From: Macrostomum lignano
Taxonomy: Eukaryota
NCBI GenBank assembly: GCA_002269645.1
Contig: NIVC01002407.1
Location: forward strand, 62,001-126,000
Direction: 5' to 3'
Length of the DNA: 64,000 nucleotides
Below are positions 49,395 through 60,017 of the stretch, one piece after another. Both the position numbers and the translations under genes were made by a program. Under the pieces are notes generated by a model. The model was not told the origin of the DNA. It made no database searches and saw only the letters and a program-made list of their open reading frames with translations. Numbering within the stretch: position 1 is the first letter of the stretch; each line of letters begins with the position of its first letter.

Positions 49395-49678
49395 GATAAT
49401 CACAGATAATTGATTACACCTGCCCCAGTGGGCCAGATGTGCAACCGACAGCTCAGCCGCAGCTTTTTCGCGGCACATCTGAAGGCTCGTACGGTCGCCA
49501 CACACCCTCAATTGCCCCAGCTAATTCTGGCACCCATTTTACAGCTGGGTGAACTGAAGCAATGCAGGTTGAGTTAGGAGTCTTGCTCAAGGACACAAAT
49601 TGATCCGAGTGGGTCGAGAATCGAACCCCAGACCTTTCAGTCGTGAGTCCAACGCTCTAACCACTAGGCTACAACCCC
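49395..49678 (-). mobile_element. tRNA-derived SINE with CORE-like central domain
   Basis: Minus strand shows A box TAGCCTAGTGG and B box GGTTCGATTC, then GTGTCCTTGAGCAAG..CTTCAGTTCACCCAGCTGTAAAATGGG (MIR/CORE-like). The 3' body is shared with 19975-20140 and there is a short ATTATCTG tail repeat. Confidence 0.8.
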
Positions 49679-49846
49679 TAGTCTAGGCTACATGTACTCG
49701 TATTGGGCATTATGATTTATTTCATGTACCTGCGCAAATGGGACTTCAAGATGTTTACGACAAATGCTAGGGAAAAGTTAAAAAGTACATGCATGCACAA
49801 TTCTACACATAAAGTACAAACCTTAAATACGCTTGATGCTCTGACG

Positions 49847-50711
49847 CAGTGTTGGGCACTTCCGTTACCGAGTAACTTGCAAATGGTAACGCAAGTTACT
49901 TTTTCGTAAAGCGTTCCTTACGCAAGTTACTTTTTTATTTTAGTAACGGAGTAACGGTAAGTTACTCAAATTTCAGAAGTCCGTTACAGTTACTTTGCAA
50001 CAATCGCAATATTTAAATTTAAAACTGAAATGCTTAGCTATTACGCCGGTTGTCACATTTTTTTGCATTTTTCATTCCTAATTCAAAATTAAGTGAATAG
50101 TATCATTTGGTATTGCGCTTTAATTAATGAAGAAATACTTAAAACATGTTTTGCTTAGTTATAATTTCAGTAAAATATTTTCGCCTTTCATTTTATTTTT
50201 CAATTTTTATTTCTCATTTTCAATTTACTAAAAATTTTCAAGTTTGATTCAAACAAACAACCAAAGAAAGAAATTCGTCTGTAGCCTCCACAAGTCCCTC
50301 CACTGGCACTGCAGTACACTACACCATTTTATACAGTTATTTATTTTACTCTATTGAATTATTGATATTCGTTTATTTTATCATTTATAATTTTAATTAT
50401 TGATTGCCATTGCCCATCGGTCCTTCTACTTGCCTCACATCGTGTCGCCAATTGCTGTCTCTGTCTGTTAATCGGTTAATCCCAATGCCCAATGGCAAAT
50501 TTCGGTAACAACAATGTAAAAAAATGCAATGTGAAAAAAGCAGAAAATTTTGTTAATAACATAGGTAACGGAAGTGAGTAACGGACAGTAACTTAAAAGT
50601 TACCGGGTTTTTGTCTAAAGTTACTAGGCTAACGTAAGTTACTTTTTAAAAATTGGTAACTTAAGTTACAGTAACGCAAGTTACTTTTTTTGAGTAACTT
50701 GCCCAACACTG
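49847..50711. mobile_element. 865-bp non-autonomous hAT element
   Basis: Perfect 12-bp TIR CAGTGTTGGGCA, perfect 8-bp TSD CTCTGACG (49839-49846, 50712-50719), many subterminal AGTAAC/GTTACT motifs. Confidence 0.92.
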
Positions 50712-51281
50712 CTCTGACGTAATCATCCTCACACATGTAGAATAGGCTACTGCACACCATGCAGGATTCCGGCCAGCAACTATATACAATAAGCAATTCC
50801 ATAAGAAAGCATATGTAAATATTGTAGATGCAAGGCATCGTGCATAATACGTACTGTATACCTATACCCACCTATACATGTACGTATAGTATTGCATATT
50901 TTGCTACTTAATGTATATAGCTATAATAGTATGACAAAATGCTTCTTTCGACATGTATACCTCAATCGAGTAACACATCTTTAGTTTTTTATTTCGGCTT
51001 CAGATAAGATCTACAGTTGAGATTGAGCACTCTGGTGTATTCTGCATCCAGCTCGTGTCTGATTGCATTCAACCAAAAATCGCAAGCCCACACGGCGGTT
51101 TGCGGCAAAAGGGTGTTTGTTTTTCACTACTCGAGCCCTGCACAGAAATGCAGGGGCCAATGTGTGTGCCAATTAGAAGCAACCGAGGACGCGACTTGAG
51201 TATCGACGTACAGTGTAAATAGTCTGACAATAATGTTGTAGTTCTCCCCGAACATAACTAGAAGCATAGAGGCGGCTCAGC

Positions 51282-52020
51282 GTGCTTGGCTACGCCGACG
51301 ATCTCGCTCTACTGCTGTCTAACTTTGACCGTCGAGGGCGCCCGCGCCAGCTGGAGAGTTGTGGCGAGTGTCGGTCTGGTGATGGTCAACAACACACAGA
51401 AGAGTCATCGATCGTGCTCGTGCTGGACGACTTTGATCGAGGCTGCAATTTTCTGCCGAGGCGCTGACGGACAGGTGACTAAGCTTCCGTGCTGTCAGCA
51501 GTTCGTCTACCTCGGCGGTCAGGTGCCGAAGTGCGCGAGGACCTGAGACGTCGCCGTGGACAACTTGCCTGGGCTGCCTTCCGCTCCGTTTTTCTTAGCG
51601 GTGATCGAGACTGTCCTGTTGTATAACGCCGAGACCTGGACGCTGACAGATTCGCTCGAACAGCGGGTCGACGACGCCGCCTTCAAGATCGGCTATACGA
51701 GCGAGTCACCAATAATGCGGCACTCTATCATCGTACCACCCCGCGAACTGTCGCGCCGTCGGCGACTCCAGCTGGCAGGCCATTTTGTACTGCCCGCAAC
51801 CGTTGCAGGAGGTGCTGAGCTGCAGACGCTGCAGGCACTACTGCACCCTACCAAAGCAGGCCATTAGCCGGAATACTTCAGCATGGAATAATGGAATAGG
51901 ACTTCGGCTGGGGCAGGGCCCGCCCGCACCCTCCAGGGCAGGCTTTTCGTCGACTGCCTGCTGGCTGATTATGGCGCCCCGGACACTGCCGGCGATGCGG
52001 CCTACGTTCGCGCCCAGGCC
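51282..52020 (+). mobile_element. Degenerate non-LTR retrotransposon fragment (RTE-like RT C-terminus)
   Basis: GYADDLALL, FVYLGG, VIETVLLYNAETWTLT and RRRRLQLAGH appear in shifting frames. Confidence 0.78.
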
Positions 52021-52134
52021 TTAAAACGCATCCCGTGACGTTGTCTGTTTGACTGACTATAACAACGTATTTTGTTGTGCTGTTGTATAGAGTTCCTGTT
52101 ATAACGGCTTTAATGGCCTATATCAGGAGTCAGG

Positions 52135-53163
52135 CAAGGACTTCTAGACTAACAGGACGTAAAACTCAAAGATCGTGCAATTTTTTGGAGGCCACGATTT
52201 CCTGGAAAAAATACACTGCGAAGATAGGAAAAAATCTGTTTTTCGTCACAAAATCTGTGATTGTATTTGATCTGGGGCAGTGAAGACTACCATTCTTTTA
52301 ATTTACCATGCACAACATGTTACTCTATTATATTTTCATATAGCTATGTAATGAAGTTTTCATTTTCATATTGTTTTCACTTTATTTCATAAGCCCAAAG
52401 TTGCAAACTCACAAGTGGCATTAGCCAAATATCAAATTCAAGAAAAGAAAAGCTATTCAAATTTGTAATATAATAATATTTTTAGCCTTTAAAATAAAAA
52501 TTATAAAAGGACTAATCAATGTTTTTTCTTATAGATACCTATTAAAAATGGTTAGGGCCTATTTTTGTGATTAAGTCTATTCTTCTTAAATCTTAGTCTT
52601 AAATATAGGCTTAGCTTAAAAACTGATAATACAGCTTTCTCAAGCCTAGGTAACCAACCATATGAAACTATGTATTGGTAATCTATATATAATAAAAAAA
52701 TCATTGTCTAAATTTAATTACTTATTAGGCTAGATAGTGTAGTGATAGGTCTAGTTCTAGTAGGCCTAGGAATTAGTATAGTTACTAAACCTACAATAAT
52801 AGCTTAAGACTAAGAGTACCTACTTGCAATGTTTTTATACTTTATTTTAAAAAGAACAACACAAAAAGTTTGGCTAATGCCACTTGTGAGTTTGCAACTT
52901 TGGGCTTATGAAATAAAGTGAAAACAATATGAAAATGAAAACTTCACTACACAGCTATATGAAAATATAATAGAGTAACATGTTGTGCATGGTAAATTAA
53001 AAGAATGGTAGTCTTCACTGCCCCAGATCAAATACAATCACAGATTTTGTGACGAAAAACAGATTTTTTCCTATCTTCGCAGTGTATTTTTTCCAGGAAA
53101 TCGTGGCCTCCAAAAAATTGCACGATCTTTGAGTTTTACGTCCTGTTAGTCTAGAAGTCCTTG
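52135..53163. mobile_element. Foldback DNA element with 295-bp TIRs (P-element- or MULE-like, non-autonomous)
   Basis: 52135-52429 and 52869-53163 are inverted copies with 2 visible mismatches. Ends CAAGG...CCTTG with 8-bp TSD GAGTCAGG (alternative reading: 10-bp TSD GGAGTCAGGC). 439-bp AT-rich spacer. Confidence 0.9.
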
Positions 53164-53452
53164 GAGTCAGGCCTGGAGTATAATTTCCAAAGCGCGATAC
53201 ACACGGAAATCTAGAAAAGAAAGTTTTGCAATTTTTTAAGGAAACCTAACCTAGATGGTACTAACAAGAAATCGCAAAAAATGTTTCTATTTTATAAAAG
53301 TTCTTTGTAGATTTATTCATCTGATTCAAGTATCAATTTTGCATATTGTTAGCATACTAGCATAAAGGAAAATTCGACACTAACATCGTTTGTCCTTACT
53401 ATTTGTTATAACCCCTTTTACAAGCGTACTGGCCTATTTTAAATCATATTAT

Positions 53453-53767
53453 TGTAACAAGAACGGAGGCAGGACACTAAATTTGACTTTGAGCCTTGAC
53501 CGCCCAATCACCAGCTTGCACAGCTGCCTGCTTACTAGGCACACTCTAAAGCATGGCCAGTAACAGTTCGAGCTATGATTCAGCATTTATTGGACTCACC
53601 ATCGAGCTAAGGCGATGAAATTCAGCTGATATAAAGTTACGAATATAAAGTATTGAACGAAACGAAAATATACGAGTATTATTACATTGCTATGCGATTA
53701 CTTTGCTTTACTTAACACACGCCTCGAGTTGGCACCAATTTAAATTACGAAATTAAGGTGTACTACA
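53453..53767 (-). repeat. 3' LTR of the gypsy element
   Basis: TGTAACAAG...GTACTACA; no difference from 59703-60017 found by eye. The PPT GAGGGGGTAG (minus) is adjacent at 53768-53777. Confidence 0.97.
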
Positions 53768-54436
53768 CTACCCCCTCGCGAAAAAAAAACAATGTCCCCA
53801 TTGCGCTGAAAATTGACAGTTCGAACAAAATCTACTTTATGAAAATATTTCTTTGACACAATACAAGTTGCGTTCAATGCACGCTCACAAGACGGACACT
53901 AAAGGATCGAATCGCGTATGAGCAAAAGTTAAAAGCCAACTTCAAAAATAGCGGCAAAATTCTTCAACCACAGCAATTTAGAACTTCACCAATGCAGTTT
54001 GAACCTAACGCGGAACGAAAATGCTCGAGTCTAATTCAATAGAATATCGGATGATGATCAACGCACATACCCTAACGGATGCTAAAAATCGAACAATTAT
54101 GTCAATGCGGAATAAAAATGCAATATTCACTTCAACGCGAAAATTTACCAATTTTTTTGAATTTAGAAAATATTGTTGAAATCGAAAATAAATATTTTGA
54201 TAGCAAAATGCGATTTAATATATAAGGGAATATATAAAGCACCGGCCTGGAACTCGGAAACCACAACTGATTAAAACTCGAAAAGACAGCGGATTTGAAT
54301 CTTAAAAACGAATTAAACGCAAAAAATACTCAGCCAAGTGACACGCAAAGGCAGCTCTGCTGGAACAGCGCACAAATGCACAACTCAAGCACAAACTGCG
54401 CAGGTCGCAGAAATCGGCAAAAAAAGATTGTCAGAC

Positions 54437-57400
54437 TCACACTAGGACCCAGCCATCGTCAAGAACTTCGCTGCTGCAGTCGCTGGTCGCCTCACTCCGC
54501 GCCGGGTCGGGAGCGCGGGGCTGGTGCGCACGTTTCAGCTTGTTTGCGTGGACCACCCGACCGGTGTCGCCGTCCTTGTAATCGATAGGACGAACCAGGT
54601 AGTTCACCGGCGACGTTCGCTGCAGCACCCGGAACGGGCCGGTCCAGGGCGCCTGGTGTTTCGGAGCCAGTCCAGTCGTCCTTGAAAGCGCCGACGGCGG
54701 AACGAAAACCCATACGAGGTCGCCGACCCGGAATCTGCACCGCTTGGCCTTCCGGTCGTAGTACCGCCGCTGGCGTCGTTGTGCCGTCGCCATCGATCGC
54801 CGCACGGAGTCGTAGGCGCGAAGCAGCTGGTCGCGGTTGTTGGCGGCGAACTGGCCGACTGTCATTGGCGGCTCCGGTGGCCGGTAGACGACGTCAACTG
54901 GAAGCGTCATTTCCCGGCCAGTCAGCAGGCAGTGAGGAGTAAACCCGGTTGTAGCATTGACGCTGCTGCGGTAGGCCAGGAGACAATGCGGCAGCACTTC
55001 TTCCCAGTCCTCCGGCTGAACTGACTGCAGGTGGCAGCGGAGCATCTGGTGCAGAGTGCGGTGGAACCTTTCTACTAGGCCGTCGCACTGCGGATGGTAG
55101 CCGGATGTCCGCGTCTTCTGAATCTCCAGCAGCCGGCACAGGCTCCTGATGACCTTTCCGTCCACGGCCTTGCCACGGTCGGAGTGCAGAATGTGCGGGG
55201 CTCCGAAACGCGTCACCCAGTTGTCGAACAGTGCCTTGGCGATGGTGGCCGCTTTCTCGTCGGGGAGTGGCACCAGCTCGACCCACTTGGTGAAGTAGTC
55301 GACAATGGTGAGCAGCCGATCGTTTCCCCGCCGTGACAGTCCAACTTTGACCACGTCGATGCCCACGCGCTGCATAGGAAATCCACTGGCCATAGTCTGC
55401 AGTGGAGCTCGGCGCTGACTCGGTGTCTTAGCGCGCTGGCACACTTGGCAGGACCTGACCGCTAGGCGAACGCTCTCCGCCATTTTCGGCCAGTAGCAAC
55501 GCTGCTTGAGGGCTGCCAAGGTCTTGTCCTCGCCCAGATGCCCAAGCTCATGGACCTCCTCGATGAACTCCTCCTGTCTGCAGCGCGGAATCACAGGCAC
55601 AGGCTTGGACTTCACCAGCTTGTTCAGGGCGCCGTCGACGAAACACAGGTCGCCGATCTTCTGTGCCAGAATTAGGCTCTCAGGCGACAGTCGGTCACGT
55701 CTGCTGGCGCTGAACCTTGTCTTGCCGTTGGACAGCAGGCGAAACACCGGGCCGATGTCTGGATCACGGAGCTGCAGTTCACGCAGTGACTGAGACGCAT
55801 CTGACAGCGCCTCGCCTTCCTGAATGGCCTCGTCGCTGATTTCGTCTTCGCTGGAGTCCTCGCTCTCGCTTGGCCGCGGTTGAAGCTGCTGCTTCCGCCT
55901 TGAGGTGCCCTGACGTTCCGGCTCGGCGTTGGTCTGGGCAGCCGCAGAGGTAGCCGGCGCTGATGTCGCTGCGTTGGTTTGCACGGAGTTGACTCTGACT
56001 GTGTCGACCCGGCCAGCAGGCTCCGCGATTGGCACTGGCGCCTCGACCGTCGGCTCCGTCTGGCAGGCGGCTGTTGAAGTCTCGGCTGGCGCCACCGCTG
56101 TCGTCCCTGGCCGACAGACTCGACACTGGCTGGTGCACTTTTGCTCTCGCCGAGAGAGGGCGTCTGCGTTGCCGTGTTGGCGGCCTCGGCGAAAGACGAC
56201 CTTGAAGTTGAACTCATCGAGCAGCTGCAGCCATCTGGCCAGCTGGCCTTCGGGCTCTTTGAATGCCAGCAGATAGGTGAGCGCCTGGTGATCCACTCGA
56301 ACGGTGAAGGCGCGCGGCAGCAGGTAGCTCCGGAACTTCTTAACAAACTCGACAACAGCCAGGAGCTCGCGCCGCGTCACGCAGTAGTTGCGCTCAGCTC
56401 TTGACAGGGCGCGGCTGGCGTAGGCGATAACCCGCTCTTCGCTCGCCTGCACTTGCGACAGCACCGCGCCGATTGCGCAGTCACTTGCGTCGGTGTCGAG
56501 GATGAATTCGGAGCCCGACTCGCTCATGTCCGGGAACGCCAGGATCGGAGCTGACAGCAGCGCTTGCTTCAGCTGGTTGAAGGCCGCCTCGGCTTCTGGC
56601 GTCCACTCGAAGGGCGTAGGCAGTATAAGGCGGCGCAGAGGCTCGGCGATATTGGCGTATTCGCGCACAAATCTTCGGTAGTAGGAGGTCATGCCGAGGA
56701 AGCTCTTGACGTCCTTCGAGCTCCGGGGCACCGGCCAGTCTCGCACAGCCGCGGTTTTGCCCTCATCGACGGTGATGCCGGTCTTGCTGACGCGGTGGCC
56801 CAGGACTAACATGCTGGTATTTGCAAATCGGCACTTTGACGGCTTGAGGCGCAGGTTAAACTCGCGCAGTCGCTCCAGAACTGAACGCAGCCGATCGTTG
56901 TGCTGGCCGATGGTCTGGCCCATCACGATGACGTCGTCAATGAACACCAGACAGGCCTGCCACGTCAGCCCCCGGAGCACCAGCTGCATGAGCCGCTGAA
57001 AGGTGGCTGGTGCATTCCGGAGTCCGAACGGCATCACGTTGAATTCAAACAGGCCTTCATGGCACACAAATGCCGTCTTCTCCTTGTCTCGGTCATTCAT
57101 CTCGACTTGCCAGTAGCCACTTTCGAGATCCAGCGCTGAGAAGTAGCTGTTTCCTTCGAGGGCATCCAGAGTGTCATCGATGCGGGGCATCGGGAAGGCA
57201 TCGGGCTTGGTCACCGCGTTCAGCAGGCGGTAGTCCAAGCAAAATCTGGCCGACCCGTCCTTCTTGCGAACCAGAACTATCGGAGATGCCCAAGGTGATG
57301 ACGATGGTCGGACGACTCCCTTTGCCAGCATCTCGTTGACCAGCTCCTTCTGCTGTGCGATCGCTGTGGGAGCCAGGCGCCGCAGTCCTTGGCGAATTGG

Positions 57401-58375
57401 CCTGGCGTTGCCTGTGTCGATCTCGTGCTTTAACAATTGGGTGCGGCCTGGGTTGCTGGGGCTCGCGAATACGTCACTGAACTCCAGCAGAAGGCGTTCG
57501 ACTTGCTGCCGCTCCTCGGTTGGGATGTCATCGGCGATTTGCACCTCGTCCTGCCAGGTCGTTGCAGTAGTCGGATCTGCCTCGCTGGCATCACCAGATC
57601 CTCCGGCTTGCAGGTGCGCCAGGGCTCGGCCAGACAGCGGGTTGAAGTTGCCGACGATGTCGCCCTCCTTGATCTCGACTGTCTCATCTCTGGTGTTGAT
57701 GACAGCAACCCCCATTCCGTGGTCAACCAGCTTGGACACGCTGCGGCCGATCATCACTTTGGCCGCCTTGCTGCCGCAGACAACGCCTGGTGCCTCCGAG
57801 TTCGTCCACGCTGCCGCGCTCGCTGGCCGCACCGGAATGATCCAGCCATCGCCTGGCTGCAGTCGAACCGTGGCTGCCGCTGCCAGCTTGCAAGTCTGGG
57901 CCGCCTGCCTGGATGTCCGCATTGGCAAGGTGACGCCGAGGCCGTTGAACTCGAGAATGCCTGATCTCAGGTGAATCGAAATGTCAAATTTGTTTAGGAA
58001 GTCGCAGCCCAGAATTACCGGTGCGCTGAGGCAGGTCACTGCCAGGAATCTGTGTCGAAAATGAAGCGGACCAAGAAAAAAACTTATCTCAATTTCGCCC
58101 AGCACTGTTGCTTGATTGCCGCCCACGCCATAGATGGTTGTTGAGCTGGGTCTCAGCTGCCGTCTGAGCCTGGCCGAGTGCACGATGTCGCCGTTGATGC
58201 AGGAGATCTCGGCACCGGTGTCGATCATGCACGGCCGGCGTTTTCTGAGCATGCGCGAGGTGATGAAGCGCACTTGGTCGGGCTGGCAGCTGGGGCGTGG
58301 GGGCTGGGCCGAACTGTTTAGTGCTGAGAGGGCCGGTGCTGGCCCATTGGACCAGCCCCCCCAGCGTTTGGGCAC
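54437..58375 (-). CDS. pol: Gypsy Pol (protease, RT, RNase H, integrase), probably made as Gag-Pol by -1 frameshift
   Basis: IDTGAEIS protease; LDLESGYWQ, MPFGLRNAPATFQR and FIDD RT; DTDAS..ELLAV..VDHQAL RNase H; HELGH..CQVC, D-D-E (GIDV, HSDRG, LVERF) and GPF integrase. No stops over 1312 codons. Confidence 0.95.
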   Translation of the reverse strand: MPKRWGGWSNGPAPALSALNSSAQPPRPSCQPDQVRFITSRMLRKRRPCMIDTGAEISCINGDIVHSARLRRQLRPSSTTIYGVGGNQATVLGEIEISFFLGPLHFRHRFLAVTCLSAPVILGCDFLNKFDISIHLRSGILEFNGLGVTLPMRTSRQAAQTCKLAAAATVRLQPGDGWIIPVRPASAAAWTNSEAPGVVCGSKAAKVMIGRSVSKLVDHGMGVAVINTRDETVEIKEGDIVGNFNPLSGRALAHLQAGGSGDASEADPTTATTWQDEVQIADDIPTEERQQVERLLLEFSDVFASPSNPGRTQLLKHEIDTGNARPIRQGLRRLAPTAIAQQKELVNEMLAKGVVRPSSSPWASPIVLVRKKDGSARFCLDYRLLNAVTKPDAFPMPRIDDTLDALEGNSYFSALDLESGYWQVEMNDRDKEKTAFVCHEGLFEFNVMPFGLRNAPATFQRLMQLVLRGLTWQACLVFIDDVIVMGQTIGQHNDRLRSVLERLREFNLRLKPSKCRFANTSMLVLGHRVSKTGITVDEGKTAAVRDWPVPRSSKDVKSFLGMTSYYRRFVREYANIAEPLRRLILPTPFEWTPEAEAAFNQLKQALLSAPILAFPDMSESGSEFILDTDASDCAIGAVLSQVQASEERVIAYASRALSRAERNYCVTRRELLAVVEFVKKFRSYLLPRAFTVRVDHQALTYLLAFKEPEGQLARWLQLLDEFNFKVVFRRGRQHGNADALSRREQKCTSQCRVCRPGTTAVAPAETSTAACQTEPTVEAPVPIAEPAGRVDTVRVNSVQTNAATSAPATSAAAQTNAEPERQGTSRRKQQLQPRPSESEDSSEDEISDEAIQEGEALSDASQSLRELQLRDPDIGPVFRLLSNGKTRFSASRRDRLSPESLILAQKIGDLCFVDGALNKLVKSKPVPVIPRCRQEEFIEEVHELGHLGEDKTLAALKQRCYWPKMAESVRLAVRSCQVCQRAKTPSQRRAPLQTMASGFPMQRVGIDVVKVGLSRRGNDRLLTIVDYFTKWVELVPLPDEKAATIAKALFDNWVTRFGAPHILHSDRGKAVDGKVIRSLCRLLEIQKTRTSGYHPQCDGLVERFHRTLHQMLRCHLQSVQPEDWEEVLPHCLLAYRSSVNATTGFTPHCLLTGREMTLPVDVVYRPPEPPMTVGQFAANNRDQLLRAYDSVRRSMATAQRRQRRYYDRKAKRCRFRVGDLVWVFVPPSALSRTTGLAPKHQAPWTGPFRVLQRTSPVNYLVRPIDYKDGDTGRVVHANKLKRAHQPRAPDPARSEATSDCSSEVLDDGWVLV

Positions 58376-59631
58376 CTCCGGCGGATGTGGCCAGGCTGAT
58401 GGCAGCCGTAGCAGATGGGCACCGCCCTAGGCTGCTGCTGTTGATGTGCAGCGGCGTCAGCTGATCTCCATGGTGGCGCTGGGGCTGTCTGCGCTCGATG
58501 AGCCGCTGGCTGGTGATGTTGTGTCGTCTGTGGCCCATGCTGCGGTCGGGTTCCTGTCGGTGTTGACTGAACCGGTGCCGCTGGAGCTGACGCCTCGGCG
58601 CTGTGGTGCTGCGACTGGGAATTCATTATCTGCCGGGTCTCGCGCACTTGCTGGGCATAATGCAGGGCCTGATCCGGTGTAGTAAGAGGCAGCTGCATAT
58701 TAAGCAGCCGCTCCGTCACGTAGTTGTCGTTCAGCCCTTGAATGAACCGCTCAAGCACAGTCTGCTGGCGACAGTCTTGAGCACCGAGCTCTGGGTAGGC
58801 CTTGAACGCGAGTCGCTGGAGGGCAGTCAGAAAATCCTCGAACCTCTCGTCCCTGCCCCGGCACCGACTGTGAAGCTCGCGCCGAAGTAGCGCAGTGCTG
58901 GTGGCACCGCCATGACGAGCGCGAAGGTGCTGCAGGAGATCTTCATAGCGGGCACTTGGCAGGAACTGCAGTGAAGTCCCAACGGGCTGTCCATGCTGCG
59001 CGCACAGTTGGTAGAGCCAGACCTCGTAGGTAGCGAATGCTGGTCCCAGGTAACTGCTGAGCGTGTTGATCTTGCTGTAGTCACTCAGTCCTTGGTGCCG
59101 GCTTAAATACGAAGACACTCGACCCAGAAAGTCATCGAACGGTTCGGATCCGTTGAAGGGCGCCGGCTTCGGCACCGACGGAAGCTGGATTGCTTGTTGA
59201 TATACCGGTGCGCACAGGTTGCGGTCGCCAGCGCCAGGGTGAGATCCGCCTTGGAGCAACGGAGCCCATGGTTCGGCCATACGGTGCACAGAGGGTCTTG
59301 GTGGATGTGTCACTGCAGCTGCCGCAGCTGCCGCGGAAGGCCTGGTGTCCAGCAGGAATGAGTCTCCCGTCGCCATGTAGTTCGTTGACGGTTGGCCGGG
59401 CCCGGGGGGCACTGGCACTTGAGACTGACAGCAGCGTGCTTCATCGACAGAGATTTGCACAGGATCGAGGTCACGAAGCTCTTGATAGCGCCGCCAGTTC
59501 GCCTCCCGTTCGGATTCTGGCTCACTGGTTGACGAAGAGGTGTAAGCCGTAGCCGCAGCGGTCGGACGTAAAATATCGCGATTTCTCAGTCTTAGCCGTT
59601 GAGGCTCTTCTGCCTCACGTTCTGACCACAT
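58318..59631 (-). CDS. gag: Gypsy Gag (437 aa from ATG 59631)
   Basis: PAPFNGSEPFDDFL and FIQGL capsid-like motifs; CYGCHQPGHIRRRC zinc knuckle. The ATG lies just downstream of the PBS. Confidence 0.92.
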   Translation of the reverse strand: MWSEREAEEPQRLRLRNRDILRPTAAATAYTSSSTSEPESEREANWRRYQELRDLDPVQISVDEARCCQSQVPVPPGPGQPSTNYMATGDSFLLDTRPSAAAAAAAVTHPPRPSVHRMAEPWAPLLQGGSHPGAGDRNLCAPVYQQAIQLPSVPKPAPFNGSEPFDDFLGRVSSYLSRHQGLSDYSKINTLSSYLGPAFATYEVWLYQLCAQHGQPVGTSLQFLPSARYEDLLQHLRARHGGATSTALLRRELHSRCRGRDERFEDFLTALQRLAFKAYPELGAQDCRQQTVLERFIQGLNDNYVTERLLNMQLPLTTPDQALHYAQQVRETRQIMNSQSQHHSAEASAPAAPVQSTPTGTRPQHGPQTTQHHQPAAHRAQTAPAPPWRSADAAAHQQQQPRAVPICYGCHQPGHIRRRCPNAGGAGPMGQHRPSQH

Positions 59632-59682
59632 GATGATCGATGACAGGTGCAACCTTCGGTCTTTTATGCTATGAAGAAATTC

Positions 59683-59700
59683 GTCCTGGCGTGGTCGCCA
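59683..59700 (-). promoter_or_regulatory. Primer binding site, probably tRNA-Arg
   Basis: TGGCGACCACGCCAGGAC sits 2 nt after the 5' LTR. Its complement CGTGGTCGCCA matches the 3' end of metazoan tRNA-Arg(TCG) as recalled. Confidence 0.8.
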
Positions 59701-59702
59701 AA

Positions 59703-60017
59703 TGTAACAAGAACGGAGGCAGGACACTAAATTTGACTTTGAGCCTTGACCGCCCAATCACCAGCTTGCACAGCTGCCTGCTTACTAGGCACACTCTAAA
59801 GCATGGCCAGTAACAGTTCGAGCTATGATTCAGCATTTATTGGACTCACCATCGAGCTAAGGCGATGAAATTCAGCTGATATAAAGTTACGAATATAAAG
59901 TATTGAACGAAACGAAAATATACGAGTATTATTACATTGCTATGCGATTACTTTGCTTTACTTAACACACGCCTCGAGTTGGCACCAATTTAAATTACGA
60001 AATTAAGGTGTACTACA
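59703..60017 (-). repeat. 5' LTR of the gypsy element
   Basis: Identical by eye to 53453-53767 and followed by TSD TTAT. Confidence 0.97.

Larger units (their letters stand above)
53453..60017 (-). mobile_element. Full-length Ty3/gypsy LTR retrotransposon (6565 bp)
   Basis: Two 315-bp TG..CA LTRs, 4-bp TSD TTAT, PBS, PPT, intact gag and PR-RT-RH-IN pol, no env. Confidence 0.97.

Noticed and set aside
49605-49678. tRNA gene
   Set aside because: A and B boxes are present but the acceptor and anticodon stems do not pair, and it continues into a SINE body.
53780-54436. env-like third ORF in the gypsy element
   Set aside because: The region is AT-rich with no long minus-strand ORF.
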